DNA of 64,000 nt from an uncultured delta proteobacterium (lineage in GTDB: Bacteria; Desulfobacterota; Desulfobacteria; Desulfobacterales; JAFDCJ01), in NCBI GenBank assembly GCA_963769935.1, contig CAVYNY010000010.1:288001-352000 (forward strand). The letters are read 5' to 3'. The notes under the pieces are model-generated. The model was not told the origin of the DNA. It was given only the letters and a program-made list of their open reading frames with translations, and did not search any database. Below, piece after piece: positions 1 to 10,967 of this stretch. Positions within the stretch are counted from its first letter, which is position 1, and every line of letters begins with the position of its first letter. A program made the position numbers and the translations under genes.

Positions 1-924
1 GACGGTCCACACGTACACCTTCAGCCCAAGCTGATGGGCTTCTTCCAGCAGCGCAGCGGTGAGGTAGGTGTAGCAAGGCGCCCAATATCTGCCGCCGGCA
101 GCCTTGACGGCCCGCGGAATCGAACCGCCGAAATCATCGATGTCGAGACCGGCCATCCAGGGCGAGGGACCGGGTTGGCCGGGTTTGACATTGTTCAACT
201 GCTTGCCGACATGGGTTAAATATACAGTCGGGATGGCAGGCGCGATTTTCTGCACATAGGCCAGGGCTCGCCAGTCAAACGACAGTACCCGGGTCCGTGC
301 TGCCGCCCCTTGCTCCACTAAAATCCGCACCACCGCTTCGGCGACCGTCTCCGGGGCCGGGGTAAGCGCCGTCTGTTCCGGATCGGTTTTAATTTCAATC
401 CATAGTCCGGTAGACGGTTTACAAGCGTCCTTGACCTGCGCAACAACTTCATCCAGGGTAGGAATACGTTCACCGTTCGCCGGCCGCTGCTCCGGATAGC
501 GGCGCGCATAACTGGTATTGGGTTTCAAGCGGCCGACATCGTAGGTTTTAAGCGTCTCTAATGACATCCGGTTTATTGCGGGACCGGAATTCTCCAACCA
601 ATTGCCGTCTCCTGAACGCGCAACTGCCGGATTCAAGGTGAAACCATGATGCACGACAAGGATGCTGTCTGCGGTTAAAAGTACATCCAATTCGACCGCG
701 TCCACGCCGATTTCGCAAGCCTTTTTAAAAGCGGCCAATGTGTTTTCCGGCGCAAGACCGGCCGCACCGCGATGCCCGACGATAAGAGGCTTTTCAGCCG
801 GTGGGGCGGCACCTGATGGCCGGCTGATGTTTCCAACGGCAAAGCAGGCAGAGCCGGTCGGAAAAGCAGCGATGGCCAATAGAATAATGAATAGTGGATG
901 TAAAAGATTGGCTTTTTGTTTCAT
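1..924 (-). CDS. Secreted glycerophosphodiester phosphodiesterase (GDPD), 3' end runs off the window
   Basis: Not in the ORF track. Manual translation from ATG at 924: MKQKANLLHPLFIILLAIAAF (signal-like)...IVGHRGAAGLAPENTLAAF...VELDV...WIEIK...SFDW...LKVYVWTV, in frame to position 1. Confidence 0.88.
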   Translation of the reverse strand, partial: MKQKANLLHPLFIILLAIAAFPTGSACFAVGNISRPSGAAPPAEKPLIVGHRGAAGLAPENTLAAFKKACEIGVDAVELDVLLTADSILVVHHGFTLNPAVARSGDGNWLENSGPAINRMSLETLKTYDVGRLKPNTSYARRYPEQRPANGERIPTLDEVVAQVKDACKPSTGLWIEIKTDPEQTALTPAPETVAEAVVRILVEQGAAARTRVLSFDWRALAYVQKIAPAIPTVYLTHVGKQLNNVKPGQPGPSPWMAGLDIDDFGGSIPRAVKAAGGRYWAPCYTYLTAALLEEAHQLGLKVYVWTV

Positions 925-1283
925 TGAGGCTGACAACCTTTTATGAGATTGATTCATAACAGGATGGAAATTATAGGCACCCTATCCCATATTGAGTTTA
1001 AAATAAATTATTATAATGATTTTCTTGACTATTGGGTCCATAATCTGCTTATTATTCACTACTACCAACGCTGCAAATTGATGATGGTGATCGACCATTT
1101 TCGATGTGCATTCTTTGTTTGCTGAATTGAAATTTAACAATATTCTTATTGCATTCTAATTTTCCTTGTTCACCTTACTTTCGTAATTTACCGGCAGCTT
1201 GTGCGCCTTTAATTTGAGATTCAGGTTGATTTTGAAACCTGATTTAAATCACCAACCGTAATCGAAGAAAGGAGGAATGAATA

Positions 1284-2603
1284 ATGAAACTTCCGAAATG
1301 GTCCCTCGCAGTTGTACTCGCCGTACTGGTAATTTTTCCTGTCAGTGTTCTGGCCGAACCAATAACCATCAACTGGTGGCATGCCCACGGCGGCCGACTG
1401 GGGGAATTAGTCAACGGCATTGCTGAAGGCTTTAACAAGTCCCAGAATAAGTATAATCTGGTGGCCACCTACAAGGGTAACTATGCCGACACAATGACCG
1501 CCGGTATCGCGGCCTTCCGCTCAAAAAACCCGCCGCACATCCTGCAGGTTTTTGAGGTCGGGACGGCAACCATGATGGCGGCCAAAGGCGCCATTAAGCC
1601 GGTTTACGAGGTTATGGCGGAATCGGGACTGCCGTTCGATCCCAATGCCTATCTGCCGACCGTCACCAGCTATTATACAACGGCCGACGGCAAAATGTTG
1701 TCCATGCCCTTCAATAGCTCAACGCCTATTTTGTGGTATAACGTAGAAGCTTTTAAGAAAGCCGGCCTCGATCCGGACAAGCCGCCTGCAACCTGGCCCG
1801 AAGTTGGTGAATACTCAAAGAAATTAGTCGCGGCCGGTTACGGGGGCGGCTTTTCAACCGCCTGGATCTCCTGGATCCAGATTGAAAATTTCAGCGCCTG
1901 GCACAATGTTCCCGTGGGGACCAAAGAAAACGGTTTTGGCGGCCTGGACACTGAATTCGTTTACAATAGCCCGCTGCACGTCAGGCACATTCAACAATTG
2001 GCTGACTGGCAGAAAGATAAGATCTTCGTTTATGGTGGTCGCACAAACCTGGGAGATACCAAATTTGAAACCGGTGAGGTTGCGATGCACACTGAATCGT
2101 CAGCAGGCTATGCCAGGTTTAAGGCGAACTGTAAGTTTGAATTCCGCACCGGCATGCTGCCCTACTGGCCCGATGTGCCGGGTGCACCTCAAAACACCAT
2201 CATCGGCGGCGCCAGTCTGTGGGTGCTGCAGGGACATCCTGCCGAGGAGTATAAAGGGGTTGCAGCCTTTTTCAACTACCTCTCGTCCCCCGAGGTCCAG
2301 TCTGATTGGCATAAGGCCACCGGCTATCTGCCCATCACCAAAGCCGCTTACGAGCTGACGAAAGAGCAGGGTTTTTATAAGGAGAATCCGGGGATGGAAA
2401 CCGCCCTGAAACAAATGCTCCTGAATAAACCGACCGCTAACTCCAAAGGACTGCGATTCGGCAACTTTTTGCAGGTGCGCGACGTCAATTACAACGAACT
2501 CGAAGCGATCTTCGCCGGCAAGAAAACAGCTCAAGAAGGGCTGAACGACGCAGTTGCGGCGGGCAACAAGCTGCTGCGCAAGTTCGAAGACGCCAACAAA
2601 TAG
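1284..2603 (+). CDS. ugpB: sn-glycerol-3-phosphate ABC transporter substrate-binding protein
   Basis: Signal peptide; motifs WWHA, QVFEVGTATM, PFNSSTP, IGGASLW; AGGAGG RBS; first gene of the ugp cluster. Confidence 0.93.
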   Translation: MKLPKWSLAVVLAVLVIFPVSVLAEPITINWWHAHGGRLGELVNGIAEGFNKSQNKYNLVATYKGNYADTMTAGIAAFRSKNPPHILQVFEVGTATMMAAKGAIKPVYEVMAESGLPFDPNAYLPTVTSYYTTADGKMLSMPFNSSTPILWYNVEAFKKAGLDPDKPPATWPEVGEYSKKLVAAGYGGGFSTAWISWIQIENFSAWHNVPVGTKENGFGGLDTEFVYNSPLHVRHIQQLADWQKDKIFVYGGRTNLGDTKFETGEVAMHTESSAGYARFKANCKFEFRTGMLPYWPDVPGAPQNTIIGGASLWVLQGHPAEEYKGVAAFFNYLSSPEVQSDWHKATGYLPITKAAYELTKEQGFYKENPGMETALKQMLLNKPTANSKGLRFGNFLQVRDVNYNELEAIFAGKKTAQEGLNDAVAAGNKLLRKFEDANK

Positions 2604-2613
2604 ACTCGTCAAA

Positions 2614-2643
2614 CCGGGCCCACTCAAATGGGCCCGGCCTTTT
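2614..2643 (+). terminator. Hairpin after ugpB (intrinsic terminator or mRNA-stabilising stem)
   Basis: CCGGGCCCA-ctcaaa-TGGGCCCGG perfect 9-bp stem followed by CCTTTT. Confidence 0.6.
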
Positions 2644-2695
2644 GGACTTCCGGACCTGTTTTGACACCGGTTGCGGTAACACCACTTGGAAGTTC

Positions 2696-2793
2696 CGTGC
2701 GGGGGGGGGATAAACCCCCTGCCCAGGCCCCTACCCAAGTGGTTGAGCAATAGTTGAGCAATATCCCGTTGGGGCGGGTTTTATGCCCGCCCG
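2696..2793. repeat. Degenerate REP-like palindrome cluster
   Basis: CGTGCGGGG...ATAAACCCCC, GCCCCTAC and CGTTGGGGCGGGTTTTATGCCCGCCC hairpins; GTTGAGCAATA duplicated in tandem. Confidence 0.5.
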
Positions 2794-2844
2794 GATTTGA
2801 TGTTGGTTCCTGGAAATCGCTCGAATTAGGGGATCATAATTTAG

Positions 2845-3726
2845 ATGGCAAAGCGGGTCGTCTTCAAACATAAATTTTTACCCTACCTTCTGGTAACACC
2901 CCAGATCATCATCACCATCGTCTTTTTTATCTGGCCGGCTTCCCAGGCGCTCTATCAGTCATTCCTGCGGGAAGATGCTTTTGGTCTTTCATCGGAATTT
3001 GTGGGTCTGGCAAACTTCGTCTACATCTTTACCGATGACATATATCTGAATTCCATTTATGTGACCGCTATTTTCAGCTTCTCGGTGGCGGCCATTGCCA
3101 TGTCGACGTCATTGGTGTTGGCGGTGATGGCCGACCGGGCCGTCCGCGCCGCAACCACCTATAAAACCTTCATTATCTGGCCTTATGCAGTTGCGCCGGT
3201 GGTGGCCGCGGTTCTGTGGTATTTTCTGTTCAACCCGACGGTAGGTATGATCGCTTTTTTCCTGAAAGCCATCGGCATCGAATGGAATTATACGCTTAAC
3301 GGCGGGCAAGCGATGCTGCTGGTGATCATGGCAGCCGCCTGGCGGGAAATCTCCTACAATTTTTTATTTTTCCTGGCGGGACTTCAGGCCATACCCAAAT
3401 CGTTCATAGAAGCCGCAGCCATTGACGGTGCCTCCCCGGCCAGGCGATTCTGGACCATCGTCTTTCCTTTGCTGTCACCCACGGTATTCTTTTTAATCGT
3501 CATGAACATTGTTTATGCCTTTTTCGATACATTTGGTGTCATTCATGCCATCACCGGCGGGGGACCGAACGGCGCCACCAACATCATGGTATACAAAGTA
3601 TATCATGACGGCTTTCTGAGTCTGGATCAAGGCGGCTCGGCCGCTCAATCGGTTATACTGATGATTGTTGTTATTTCCCTGACCGTGATTCAGTTTCGTT
3701 ACATCGAAAGAAAAGTGCACTACTAA
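2845..3726 (+). CDS. ugpA: Glycerol-3-phosphate ABC transporter permease
   Basis: Multiple TM segments; EAAAIDGA loop; ends ERKVHY. Confidence 0.92.
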   Translation: MAKRVVFKHKFLPYLLVTPQIIITIVFFIWPASQALYQSFLREDAFGLSSEFVGLANFVYIFTDDIYLNSIYVTAIFSFSVAAIAMSTSLVLAVMADRAVRAATTYKTFIIWPYAVAPVVAAVLWYFLFNPTVGMIAFFLKAIGIEWNYTLNGGQAMLLVIMAAAWREISYNFLFFLAGLQAIPKSFIEAAAIDGASPARRFWTIVFPLLSPTVFFLIVMNIVYAFFDTFGVIHAITGGGPNGATNIMVYKVYHDGFLSLDQGGSAAQSVILMIVVISLTVIQFRYIERKVHY

Positions 3727-3780
3727 TTTATCCGCCCTGAAAAATTTTGGTTTCAAGTGATGTGAACACAGGAGTCACCG

Positions 3781-4623
3781 ATGGTAGAACATCGCCCATG
3801 GCTGACATTTCTAACCCATGCTGTCCTGATCGGCGGGTGTTTGATTATTGCATTTCCCATTTACATCACCTTTGTCGCCTCCACCCACAGCATAGATGAA
3901 ATCACATCAGCGTTTCCGCTGCTGCCGGGAGGCCACCTAATCGAAAATTATACCCGGGCGCTGTCGGTCGGTTCGCGGGATGTAGGGGCCACCGTCGGCA
4001 CCATGATGTTAAACAGCCTGATCATGGCCCTGGGTATCACCTTCGGCAAAATATTTATTTCTCTACTGGCCGCCTTTGCCATCGTCTATTTTAAATTTCG
4101 CTTTCGCATGCTCTTTTTCTGGATGATTTTTATCACCCTGATGCTGCCGGTGGAGGTGCGAATTTTGCCCACCTATAAGGTCGCGGCCGATTTACACCTT
4201 CTGGACACATATTCGGGACTGATCTTTCCCTTGATCGCTTCGGCTACGGCCACATTTTTATTTCGCCAGTTTTTTATGACCATCCCCGATGAGCTTTGCG
4301 AGGCCCATCGCATCGACGGCGGGGGACCGATACGTTTCTTTTTTGAGATCCTGCTGCCCATGTCCCGCACCTCGATTGCCGCCCTTTTTGTGATCCTGTT
4401 TATTTACGGGTGGAATCAGTATCTCTGGCCGCTGCTGATCACCAATGACGAACGCTACTATACGCTTTTGATCGGCATCAAACGCATGCTGGATGCGGGC
4501 GAAGGCCAGGCGGAATGGAACATTATCATGGCATCCTCCATGCTGGCCATGCTTCCGCCGGTGCTGGTGGTGATCTTTATGCAGAAACAGTTTGTAAAAG
4601 GAATGATTGAAACGGAAAAGTAG
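3781..4623 (+). CDS. ugpE: Glycerol-3-phosphate ABC transporter permease
   Basis: TLMLPVEVRI, SATATFLFRQFF and GWNQYLWPLL motifs; ends ETEK. Confidence 0.92.
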   Translation: MVEHRPWLTFLTHAVLIGGCLIIAFPIYITFVASTHSIDEITSAFPLLPGGHLIENYTRALSVGSRDVGATVGTMMLNSLIMALGITFGKIFISLLAAFAIVYFKFRFRMLFFWMIFITLMLPVEVRILPTYKVAADLHLLDTYSGLIFPLIASATATFLFRQFFMTIPDELCEAHRIDGGGPIRFFFEILLPMSRTSIAALFVILFIYGWNQYLWPLLITNDERYYTLLIGIKRMLDAGEGQAEWNIIMASSMLAMLPPVLVVIFMQKQFVKGMIETEK

Positions 4624-4692
4624 AGCGTTTTACAAAGCGATATCTAAAATTTGTTGTCGATGTCGATTAAGTGATTGTATTTTATGGATATG

Positions 4693-4810
4693 AATGCACT
4701 AAAATTTATAAATGACTAAAATGAGCTAAAATTGCGGAATTCTATTGTTTAAAACAGACAGAATACCTTAACTTTAGGCATTTTAGACATTTTAGGCAAT
4801 TTAGGCATTT
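4693..4810. repeat. Palindrome with arms of ~9-bp tandem units (TTTAGGCAT family)
   Basis: Left arm AATGACTAAAATGAGCTAAAA; right arm TTTAGGCATTTTAGACATTTTAGGCAATTTAGGCATTT. Confidence 0.7.
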
Positions 4811-4878
4811 CTATCATATTAAACTCTCAAACCGGAGCGTTCTGAAGAACCATCTAACCGGGTCGCAAAGGTACTGCC

Positions 4879-5961
4879 ATGGCAGATGTCAGTTTAAAAA
4901 ATGTGTACAAGTCGTTTGGCAAAACAGAGGTCATTCATGGGATCAGCTGTGATATCCAGGACGGTGAGTTCATTGTTATTTTAGGCCCCTCAGGGTGCGG
5001 CAAGTCCACCGTGCTGCGCATGATCGCCGGCCTGGAGGTGATTACCGACGGTGAGATCTCCATCGCCGGCAAGGTGGTCAATCAATTGGAGCCGGCCGAC
5101 CGCGACATTGCCATGGTATTTCAAAATTACGCCCTTTACCCTCATATGACCGTTTACAGAAACATGGCCTACGGATTGAGAATTCGCCGCATGCCCAAGG
5201 CTGAAATCGACCAAAGAGTGCGTAATGCCGCTAGAATTCTGGAACTCACCGAATTTTTGGCCCGCAAACCCCGGCAGCTTTCAGGCGGACAGCGCCAGCG
5301 GGTCGCCATGGGCCGATGCATCGTGCGCGAACCCAAGGTATTTTTGTTTGACGAACCCCTCAGCAACCTGGATGCCAAACTGCGGGTTCAGATGCGCCTT
5401 GAAATCAGAAAACTGCATGAAGATCTCAAGATCACCAGCGTCTATGTCACCCACGATCAGGTGGAAGCCATGACCCTCGGCGACCGCCTGATAGTCATGG
5501 ACGATGGCTATGCAGCTCAAATTGGATCCCCGTTGGAAGTTTATGAAAGACCGGCGACTCGCTTTGTGGCCGGGTTCATCGGATCACCGGCCATGAATTT
5601 CCTTAAGGTTCGGTTGAGCCCCGACGGCCGATCGGTTAAAATCCCCGGCGATGTCAGCCTGCCGCTTGCCAACGGCAGCCTCCCCGCCCAGGGCGGAAAA
5701 GAAGTTGTTTTGGGAATTCGGCCGGAGCATTTTAAACTTGCTGAGGAAAAAAAGGGCGATCTGCATCTTCGCGTGGATCATGTGGAGCTCCTGGGTGCCG
5801 ATACCCTGGTTCACGGTCATTGCGGAGAGGACAAGACCTCATTAACCGTACGACTGGCCGATGTCCAGCATTTCAAAAAGCATACCATTTTACCCCTCGC
5901 GATTCCTCCCCCCAAACTGCATGTGTTTGATAGAGAAAGCGGCAGGCGCATCGGAAAGTAA
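4879..5961 (+). CDS. ugpC: Glycerol-3-phosphate ABC transporter ATP-binding protein
   Basis: Walker [16 protein letters not shown] signature, [10 protein letters not shown]-terminal TOBE-like region. Confidence 0.93.
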   Translation: MADVSLKNVYKSFGKTEVIHGISCDIQDGEFIVILGPSGCGKSTVLRMIAGLEVITDGEISIAGKVVNQLEPADRDIAMVFQNYALYPHMTVYRNMAYGLRIRRMPKAEIDQRVRNAARILELTEFLARKPRQLSGGQRQRVAMGRCIVREPKVFLFDEPLSNLDAKLRVQMRLEIRKLHEDLKITSVYVTHDQVEAMTLGDRLIVMDDGYAAQIGSPLEVYERPATRFVAGFIGSPAMNFLKVRLSPDGRSVKIPGDVSLPLANGSLPAQGGKEVVLGIRPEHFKLAEEKKGDLHLRVDHVELLGADTLVHGHCGEDKTSLTVRLADVQHFKKHTILPLAIPPPKLHVFDRESGRRIGK

Positions 5962-6263
5962 ATTGAGTTGCAAAAACAGCTGAATACGAGCCGCCGAACA
6001 CCGGCTGAGTAGCGCCGGTGCCGGAAAGATTTTTTAGCTTGCCGAATTTGCTCCGTTGATTTAATCGGCCTGAATGCTTAGAATTCGTGATTGAAAGCGG
6101 ATACCTGTCTGGCGCTTCAGCTTTGTAAAACAGCAACACCGGCTTTGAATGCATCACAATGGCCCGATGGATATTGAAAAGTACGCTCGATGTTAGCTGG
6201 ACAGATGAATCAGGACCGGAGAGTATCCCACGGATTTATAAAACTGAAAGGAAATCTGCCGGC

Positions 6264-7034
6264 ATGCGCAAACTGAAATCAAACAGCAATTTCACTCCTC
6301 CCTGGATTATCGGGCATCGGGGGTATCCCGCTAAATATCCCGAAAATACGCTGGCCTCCTTTCAAGGCGCGCTAGCGGCCGGCGTTAAGATGGTCGAACT
6401 GGATGTAATGCTCAGCCGCGACCGCAAATTGGTGGTCATCCACGATGAGAGCCTGGAACGCACGACCAATGGAAAGGGAGCCGTGGCCGACCATACCCTG
6501 GCGGAGCTCAGACGCCTGGACGCGGGAAGCTGGTTCGATACGTCGTTTGCGGGCCAGCGGCTGCCCGAATTAGGCGAAGTGCTGGACCTGGTCGACGGCC
6601 GGGCCTATGCGAACATAGAAATAAAGTCAAGCGCCTATGAACCCAACCATCCGCCGGATGCCGTCGAAAAGCAAGTCGTCGCATTGTTGCGGCAAAAGCA
6701 GATGCTGGACACGGCCCTGGTGTCCAGTTTTGATGTTAATATTCTGGAGCAGCTTGCAGCCATGAAAGCAGCTCCGGCGATTGCGTTTATTTCCGAGGAG
6801 CCGGCCGGAAAAAATACGCTTGAAATGTGCACCCGGCTCAATGCGTTTTCCTGGCACCCGGATTGTAAAATTCTCACCCCGGCACAGGTTGAGATGATGC
6901 ACGCAAGTGCCATTAAAGTATTTCCCTGGAATGTAGACGAATTGGAAGACTATATTGCCATGCGGGACATGAAGGTGGAAGGCGTCATCATCAATGACCC
7001 GATGATGGTCGCCCAGTGGGCGGTGCATGAATAA
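6264..7034 (+). CDS. ugpQ: Cytoplasmic glycerophosphodiester phosphodiesterase
   Basis: GHRG...PENT, ELDV, IHD, NIEIK, SSFD motifs. Start moved to ATG 6264 (AAGGAA upstream). Confidence 0.85.
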   Translation: MRKLKSNSNFTPPWIIGHRGYPAKYPENTLASFQGALAAGVKMVELDVMLSRDRKLVVIHDESLERTTNGKGAVADHTLAELRRLDAGSWFDTSFAGQRLPELGEVLDLVDGRAYANIEIKSSAYEPNHPPDAVEKQVVALLRQKQMLDTALVSSFDVNILEQLAAMKAAPAIAFISEEPAGKNTLEMCTRLNAFSWHPDCKILTPAQVEMMHASAIKVFPWNVDELEDYIAMRDMKVEGVIINDPMMVAQWAVHE

Positions 7035-7207
7035 AAGGTCATAACCGCCATCTTCAACGCTGTTGGCTGCCAATGCGTCGCACCTGCTGATGAATGCATT
7101 AACCTTTATTCGTATGCGGACTGCCATTTATGCCTGCTTCATTTAATCCGGCAAATGATCTGTTTGGACGAAATCCCGCCTAATTTTTTATAAAAGGAGC
7201 CCTCCCG

Positions 7208-8581
7208 ATGAAAACCATCATCGAACCGTTCAAGATTAAAAGTGTGGAGCCGCTGCGCTTTACCAGCCGCGCAGAAAGAGAAGGCATTCTAAAAAAGGCC
7301 GGATACAACCTGTTCAACATCCATGCCGATGATGTGCTGATCGATCTGCTCACCGACAGCGGAACTTCAGCCATGAGCGCCCGGCAGTGGGGCGGCATGA
7401 TAGAAGGGGATGAAGCCTATGCCGGTTCGAAAAGCTTCTATCTGCTGGAACAAAAAGTCAAGGACCTCACCGGATTCCGGCATCTTATTCCCACGCACCA
7501 GGGCCGGGCGGCTGAAAAAATCCTTTTTAATCTTATGGGCGGTGAAGGCAAAATAATTCCCAACAATACCCACTTTGACACCACCCGCGCCAACATCGAA
7601 GTCAGCGGGGCGGAGGCCGTTGATCTCTTGCCGCCGGAAGCGACCGAACCTCAAGTGATAGGAGATTTTAAGGGCAATATGGACCTGCCGGCGTTGGAGG
7701 CGTTGATCCGCCAAAACGGTCCGAAGCGGATTCCATTGGTTATGCTGACGGTAACCAACAACTCCAATGCCGGTCAGCCGGTTTCCATGGAAAATATTCG
7801 TAAAACCGCCGAGGTGAGCCATCGTTTCGGCATCCCGTTTTTTCTGGATGCCTGCCGGTTCGCCGAAAATGCCTATTTCATAAAATTGCGCGAACCCGGC
7901 TACGAGAAGAAATCGGTGCGTAAAATCGCGCAGGAGATGTTTTCCTATGCCGACGGCTGCACCATGAGCGGCAAAAAGGACGGACTGGTCAACATGGGAG
8001 GCTTTCTCGCCGTCAATGACGATGAGCTTGCCCAGCAGGCCAGAAACATCCTGGTGGTGACCGAGGGCTTTCCTACTTACGGCGGCATGGCCGGTCACGA
8101 TCTGCAGGCCTTTGCCCTGGGTCTGGATGAAGTGCTCGAAGAAGACTACCTGAATTACCGCATACGCTCGGTGTCTTATCTGGGTGAAAAAATCGATGCT
8201 CTGGGAGCTCCCGTTTTTAAGCCACCCGGAGGCCACGCCATTTATTTGGATGCCGGCGCCTTTCTGCCCCACATCCCCGCCCATGAATTTCCGGGCCAGG
8301 CGCTGGCCTGCGAGCTGTATCTTTGCGGCGGCATCCGGTCATGTGAAATCGGCAGCGTCATGTTCGGCACAACAGATCCGACCAGCGGTGTCTTCAAGCC
8401 TGCCAGATTGGAAATGGTGCGACTGGCCATTCCCCGGAGGGTTTACACCCAGAGCCACATTGATTACGTAGTGGAGTGTGTCGGAAGTGTCTTCAGGCAA
8501 CGGGAAAAAATCAAGGGAATGCGCATTGTCTATGAGCCGCCGGTGTTGAGGCATTTCACGGCGGTCTTCACATCTGTTTGA
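7208..8581 (+). CDS. tnaA: Tryptophanase (beta-eliminating PLP lyase)
   Basis: EPFKIK, DLLTDSGT, PLP lysine in SGKKDG. C-terminal LRHFTA is tryptophanase-type (tyrosine phenol-lyase has LRFFTA). Confidence 0.85.
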   Translation: MKTIIEPFKIKSVEPLRFTSRAEREGILKKAGYNLFNIHADDVLIDLLTDSGTSAMSARQWGGMIEGDEAYAGSKSFYLLEQKVKDLTGFRHLIPTHQGRAAEKILFNLMGGEGKIIPNNTHFDTTRANIEVSGAEAVDLLPPEATEPQVIGDFKGNMDLPALEALIRQNGPKRIPLVMLTVTNNSNAGQPVSMENIRKTAEVSHRFGIPFFLDACRFAENAYFIKLREPGYEKKSVRKIAQEMFSYADGCTMSGKKDGLVNMGGFLAVNDDELAQQARNILVVTEGFPTYGGMAGHDLQAFALGLDEVLEEDYLNYRIRSVSYLGEKIDALGAPVFKPPGGHAIYLDAGAFLPHIPAHEFPGQALACELYLCGGIRSCEIGSVMFGTTDPTSGVFKPARLEMVRLAIPRRVYTQSHIDYVVECVGSVFRQREKIKGMRIVYEPPVLRHFTAVFTSV

Positions 8582-9335
8582 ACAGATGCGCATACGAGCG
8601 GCTGACTGTCAGCGTTTCCGGCAGGTCTTTAAGCGTAATGATCAGTCGACCGGCAAACGAACGGCTGACCTCGGCAATTTGTCCTACGTTGATAATCGTT
8701 CCCCGGTGAACGCGCCAGAATTGGTCCGGATTAATCTCCCCGGTTAATTGCTGAATACTTTTTTTAATAAGGGATTCACCCGCACGGGTCTTGACAACGG
8801 TGTATTTGTCTTCAGCCTTAAAGTAGCATACTTCATCTATTGAGATCAGGCGTATCTCATCTCCGTGTCTCACCTTGAGCCATTTAAGATAACCGGGGGC
8901 TGTTTTATTTTGCAGCGCCGCCAGTAAACGTTCCATGGTCAAAGCGTAGTCGGGCGGCGGCAGGGCGGCGGCGGCAATTTGCTTTTTTAATCTTTGAACG
9001 GTTTTTTCGAGTCTTTCAATCGTGACCGGCTTCAAAATATAGTCGACGGCTTCATTTTCGAAAGCTTCCACGGCGTATTGATCAAATGCGGTAATGAAAA
9101 CCACCCGGCAGTCCGTGCTGATTCTCTGCGCCACTTCGATTCCGGAAAATCCCGGCATCTTGATATCCAGAAAGGCAATGGCGGGCCGGCACGTTTCAAT
9201 CAAATTCAAAGCCTCGAGCCCGTTTTCCGCCTCACCGCATAGGATGAGTTCCGGCCAGAGTTCAGCGAGCTTCGTTTTTAAATAAAGTCTGAGCTGCTCT
9301 TCATCGTCGGCAATTATGGCTTTAGGATTTGCCAT
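8568..9335 (-). CDS. LytTR-family response regulator
   Basis: Receiver domain (ADDE, FLDIKMP, TAFD, KP) plus LytTR domain (FWRVHRGTIIN, VSRSY). Confidence 0.92.
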   Translation of the reverse strand: MANPKAIIADDEEQLRLYLKTKLAELWPELILCGEAENGLEALNLIETCRPAIAFLDIKMPGFSGIEVAQRISTDCRVVFITAFDQYAVEAFENEAVDYILKPVTIERLEKTVQRLKKQIAAAALPPPDYALTMERLLAALQNKTAPGYLKWLKVRHGDEIRLISIDEVCYFKAEDKYTVVKTRAGESLIKKSIQQLTGEINPDQFWRVHRGTIINVGQIAEVSRSFAGRLIITLKDLPETLTVSRSYAHLFKQM

Positions 9336-10386
9336 GCGGCACCTCAATGATGGCTTTCAGGCCGTGCGGCTGATTTTCTTCTAAAATTAAACGGCCGCTG
9401 TTGCCATACATAGATTGCAAACGTTCCCGAATGTTGGACAGGCCCATGCCGGAGTCTCTTTCTTGTAGGAAACCACTTCCGGTATCTACTACCTCCAATC
9501 GAAGAACGCCGTCTTTTTCTATTCCGTTGATTCGGATTTCTCCGCCGTCAACTCTGGGTTCCAGACCGTGTTTGATGGCGTTTTCCACCAGAGGCTGGAT
9601 CAACATGGGAGGAAAGGAAATTGCTTCCAGATGTTTGGGCAGGTCGATTTTATACTTTAACCGGTCGCCCATCCGAACTTTAAAAATGCTCAGATAGGCC
9701 TGGATCATTTCCATTTCCTGCCCAAGGGTTGCTTGATCATTCCTTATTTTGGAAAGGGATGCCCGCAAATAGTGAATGAAATCGACCAGCATGGATTTGC
9801 CCCTCTCCGGATTGGTATCCAGCAGGCTCAATACGTTGGAAAGGGTATTGAATAGAAAGTGGGGCTCAACCTGGGCCTGAAGAAGTTTGAGGTTTGCTTC
9901 CGCCGCTTTTTTCTCGCTGGTGAGCCTTTTTATTTTTTCTTCCTGAATCCGTGTCTGTGATTCCGCAATTTGCTCCCGGGAACTGAAGAAATAAGCAATA
10001 ATAGATCCGAACAGTACGCCGAGAAACAGCAATTGAAAGAGTCCGTGTTTTTCAAACAGTTCCGATGAACTCAGCCCTGAAATCGCCAGACCTGAATATG
10101 ATCCGATCATCGATCCAACCACCAAAGCCACCCCTACCAGAATCGCCTGGAAAACCGGTTTCGTTTTCTGAATGAAATTATGAATAAGCAAGACACAGGA
10201 GCAGCTTGACAGACCGATGCACTGAGAAATAATAAAGCTTATTATGAATTCGTCTGTGAATTTTATCGCGTACAAAAAAATTGCGATAATGGTGTCAAAG
10301 ACAAATGTGAAAAAAAGAGTTTTAAGGGCTGACCGGAAAGTAATGCCTTCTGATGTGAGTTTCATGACGGTCACAGCGGCTGACAT
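9322..10386 (-). CDS. LytS/YehU-type membrane histidine kinase
   Basis: About four N-terminal TM helices; LQAQVEPHFLFNTL, QPLVENAIKHG, DTGSG, GMGLSNIRERL. Confidence 0.92.
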   Translation of the reverse strand: MSAAVTVMKLTSEGITFRSALKTLFFTFVFDTIIAIFLYAIKFTDEFIISFIISQCIGLSSCSCVLLIHNFIQKTKPVFQAILVGVALVVGSMIGSYSGLAISGLSSSELFEKHGLFQLLFLGVLFGSIIAYFFSSREQIAESQTRIQEEKIKRLTSEKKAAEANLKLLQAQVEPHFLFNTLSNVLSLLDTNPERGKSMLVDFIHYLRASLSKIRNDQATLGQEMEMIQAYLSIFKVRMGDRLKYKIDLPKHLEAISFPPMLIQPLVENAIKHGLEPRVDGGEIRINGIEKDGVLRLEVVDTGSGFLQERDSGMGLSNIRERLQSMYGNSGRLILEENQPHGLKAIIEVPHGKS

Positions 10387-10465
10387 GAGCCTTATTCTTA
10401 TTAAAACCTAATTTTTAATTCTGAATTTGTACTCTGATTCTCCTGAAAAAACAAATAAATAAATC

Positions 10466-10933
10466 TTAAAGGCAATGACGAAACCGCTTGCGATCACTCA
10501 CCGTGAAAGCGGCTTTATGATGCCTGGATCTTATTGCCTTTTCAAATCTTTTGCCATGGGGGAAAAAGATAGCCTTGAAATGAAAGGCCAACCCAATTCC
10601 CCAGCCAAGCACTGCCCACTGAAACCACCACGGCCCTGAAGTGAAAATATTAATCAGCAGCAAAACTGCAGTAATAATCAAGTAGCTCCACAGATGCGAG
10701 TAGAATGCCATTTTGCGTTGTTTCAACCGTGCTTGGCGGATTTTCTCCTTTTTAAATTCCTGCTGCTCCTGCTCGATTGCAGTCTCGAGGATTTTGGGAT
10801 CAATGCCGATTTCACGTGCGGTTGCGATCAAATCCTGATGGCTGATCGTATCTTCATTTTTTATTTTCAGCGCCCGCCGAATGATGCGGCTAACCTCTTC
10901 CTGATTGTATTGTTGTGATGAGTATTCGTTCAT
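10466..10933 (-). CDS. 2TM-domain membrane protein
   Basis: FYSHLWSY...WWFQWAVLGWGIGLAFH is typical of the 2TM domain. Confidence 0.8.
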   Translation of the reverse strand: MNEYSSQQYNQEEVSRIIRRALKIKNEDTISHQDLIATAREIGIDPKILETAIEQEQQEFKKEKIRQARLKQRKMAFYSHLWSYLIITAVLLLINIFTSGPWWFQWAVLGWGIGLAFHFKAIFFPHGKRFEKAIRSRHHKAAFTVSDRKRFRHCL

Positions 10934-10967
10934 GCTGAGTATACTCCATTATTTACGGTTATTGCTT

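Noticed and set aside
1130..1190. Pho boxes upstream of ugpB
   Set aside because: Only weak 11-bp periodicity in AT-rich DNA; not supportable by eye.
7367..8284. Long antisense ORFs (e.g. 305 aa opposite tnaA; also opposite hsdM, M16, S10, glgP, rseP)
   Set aside because: Shadow frames of well-supported genes in GC-rich coding DNA, with no recognisable motifs.
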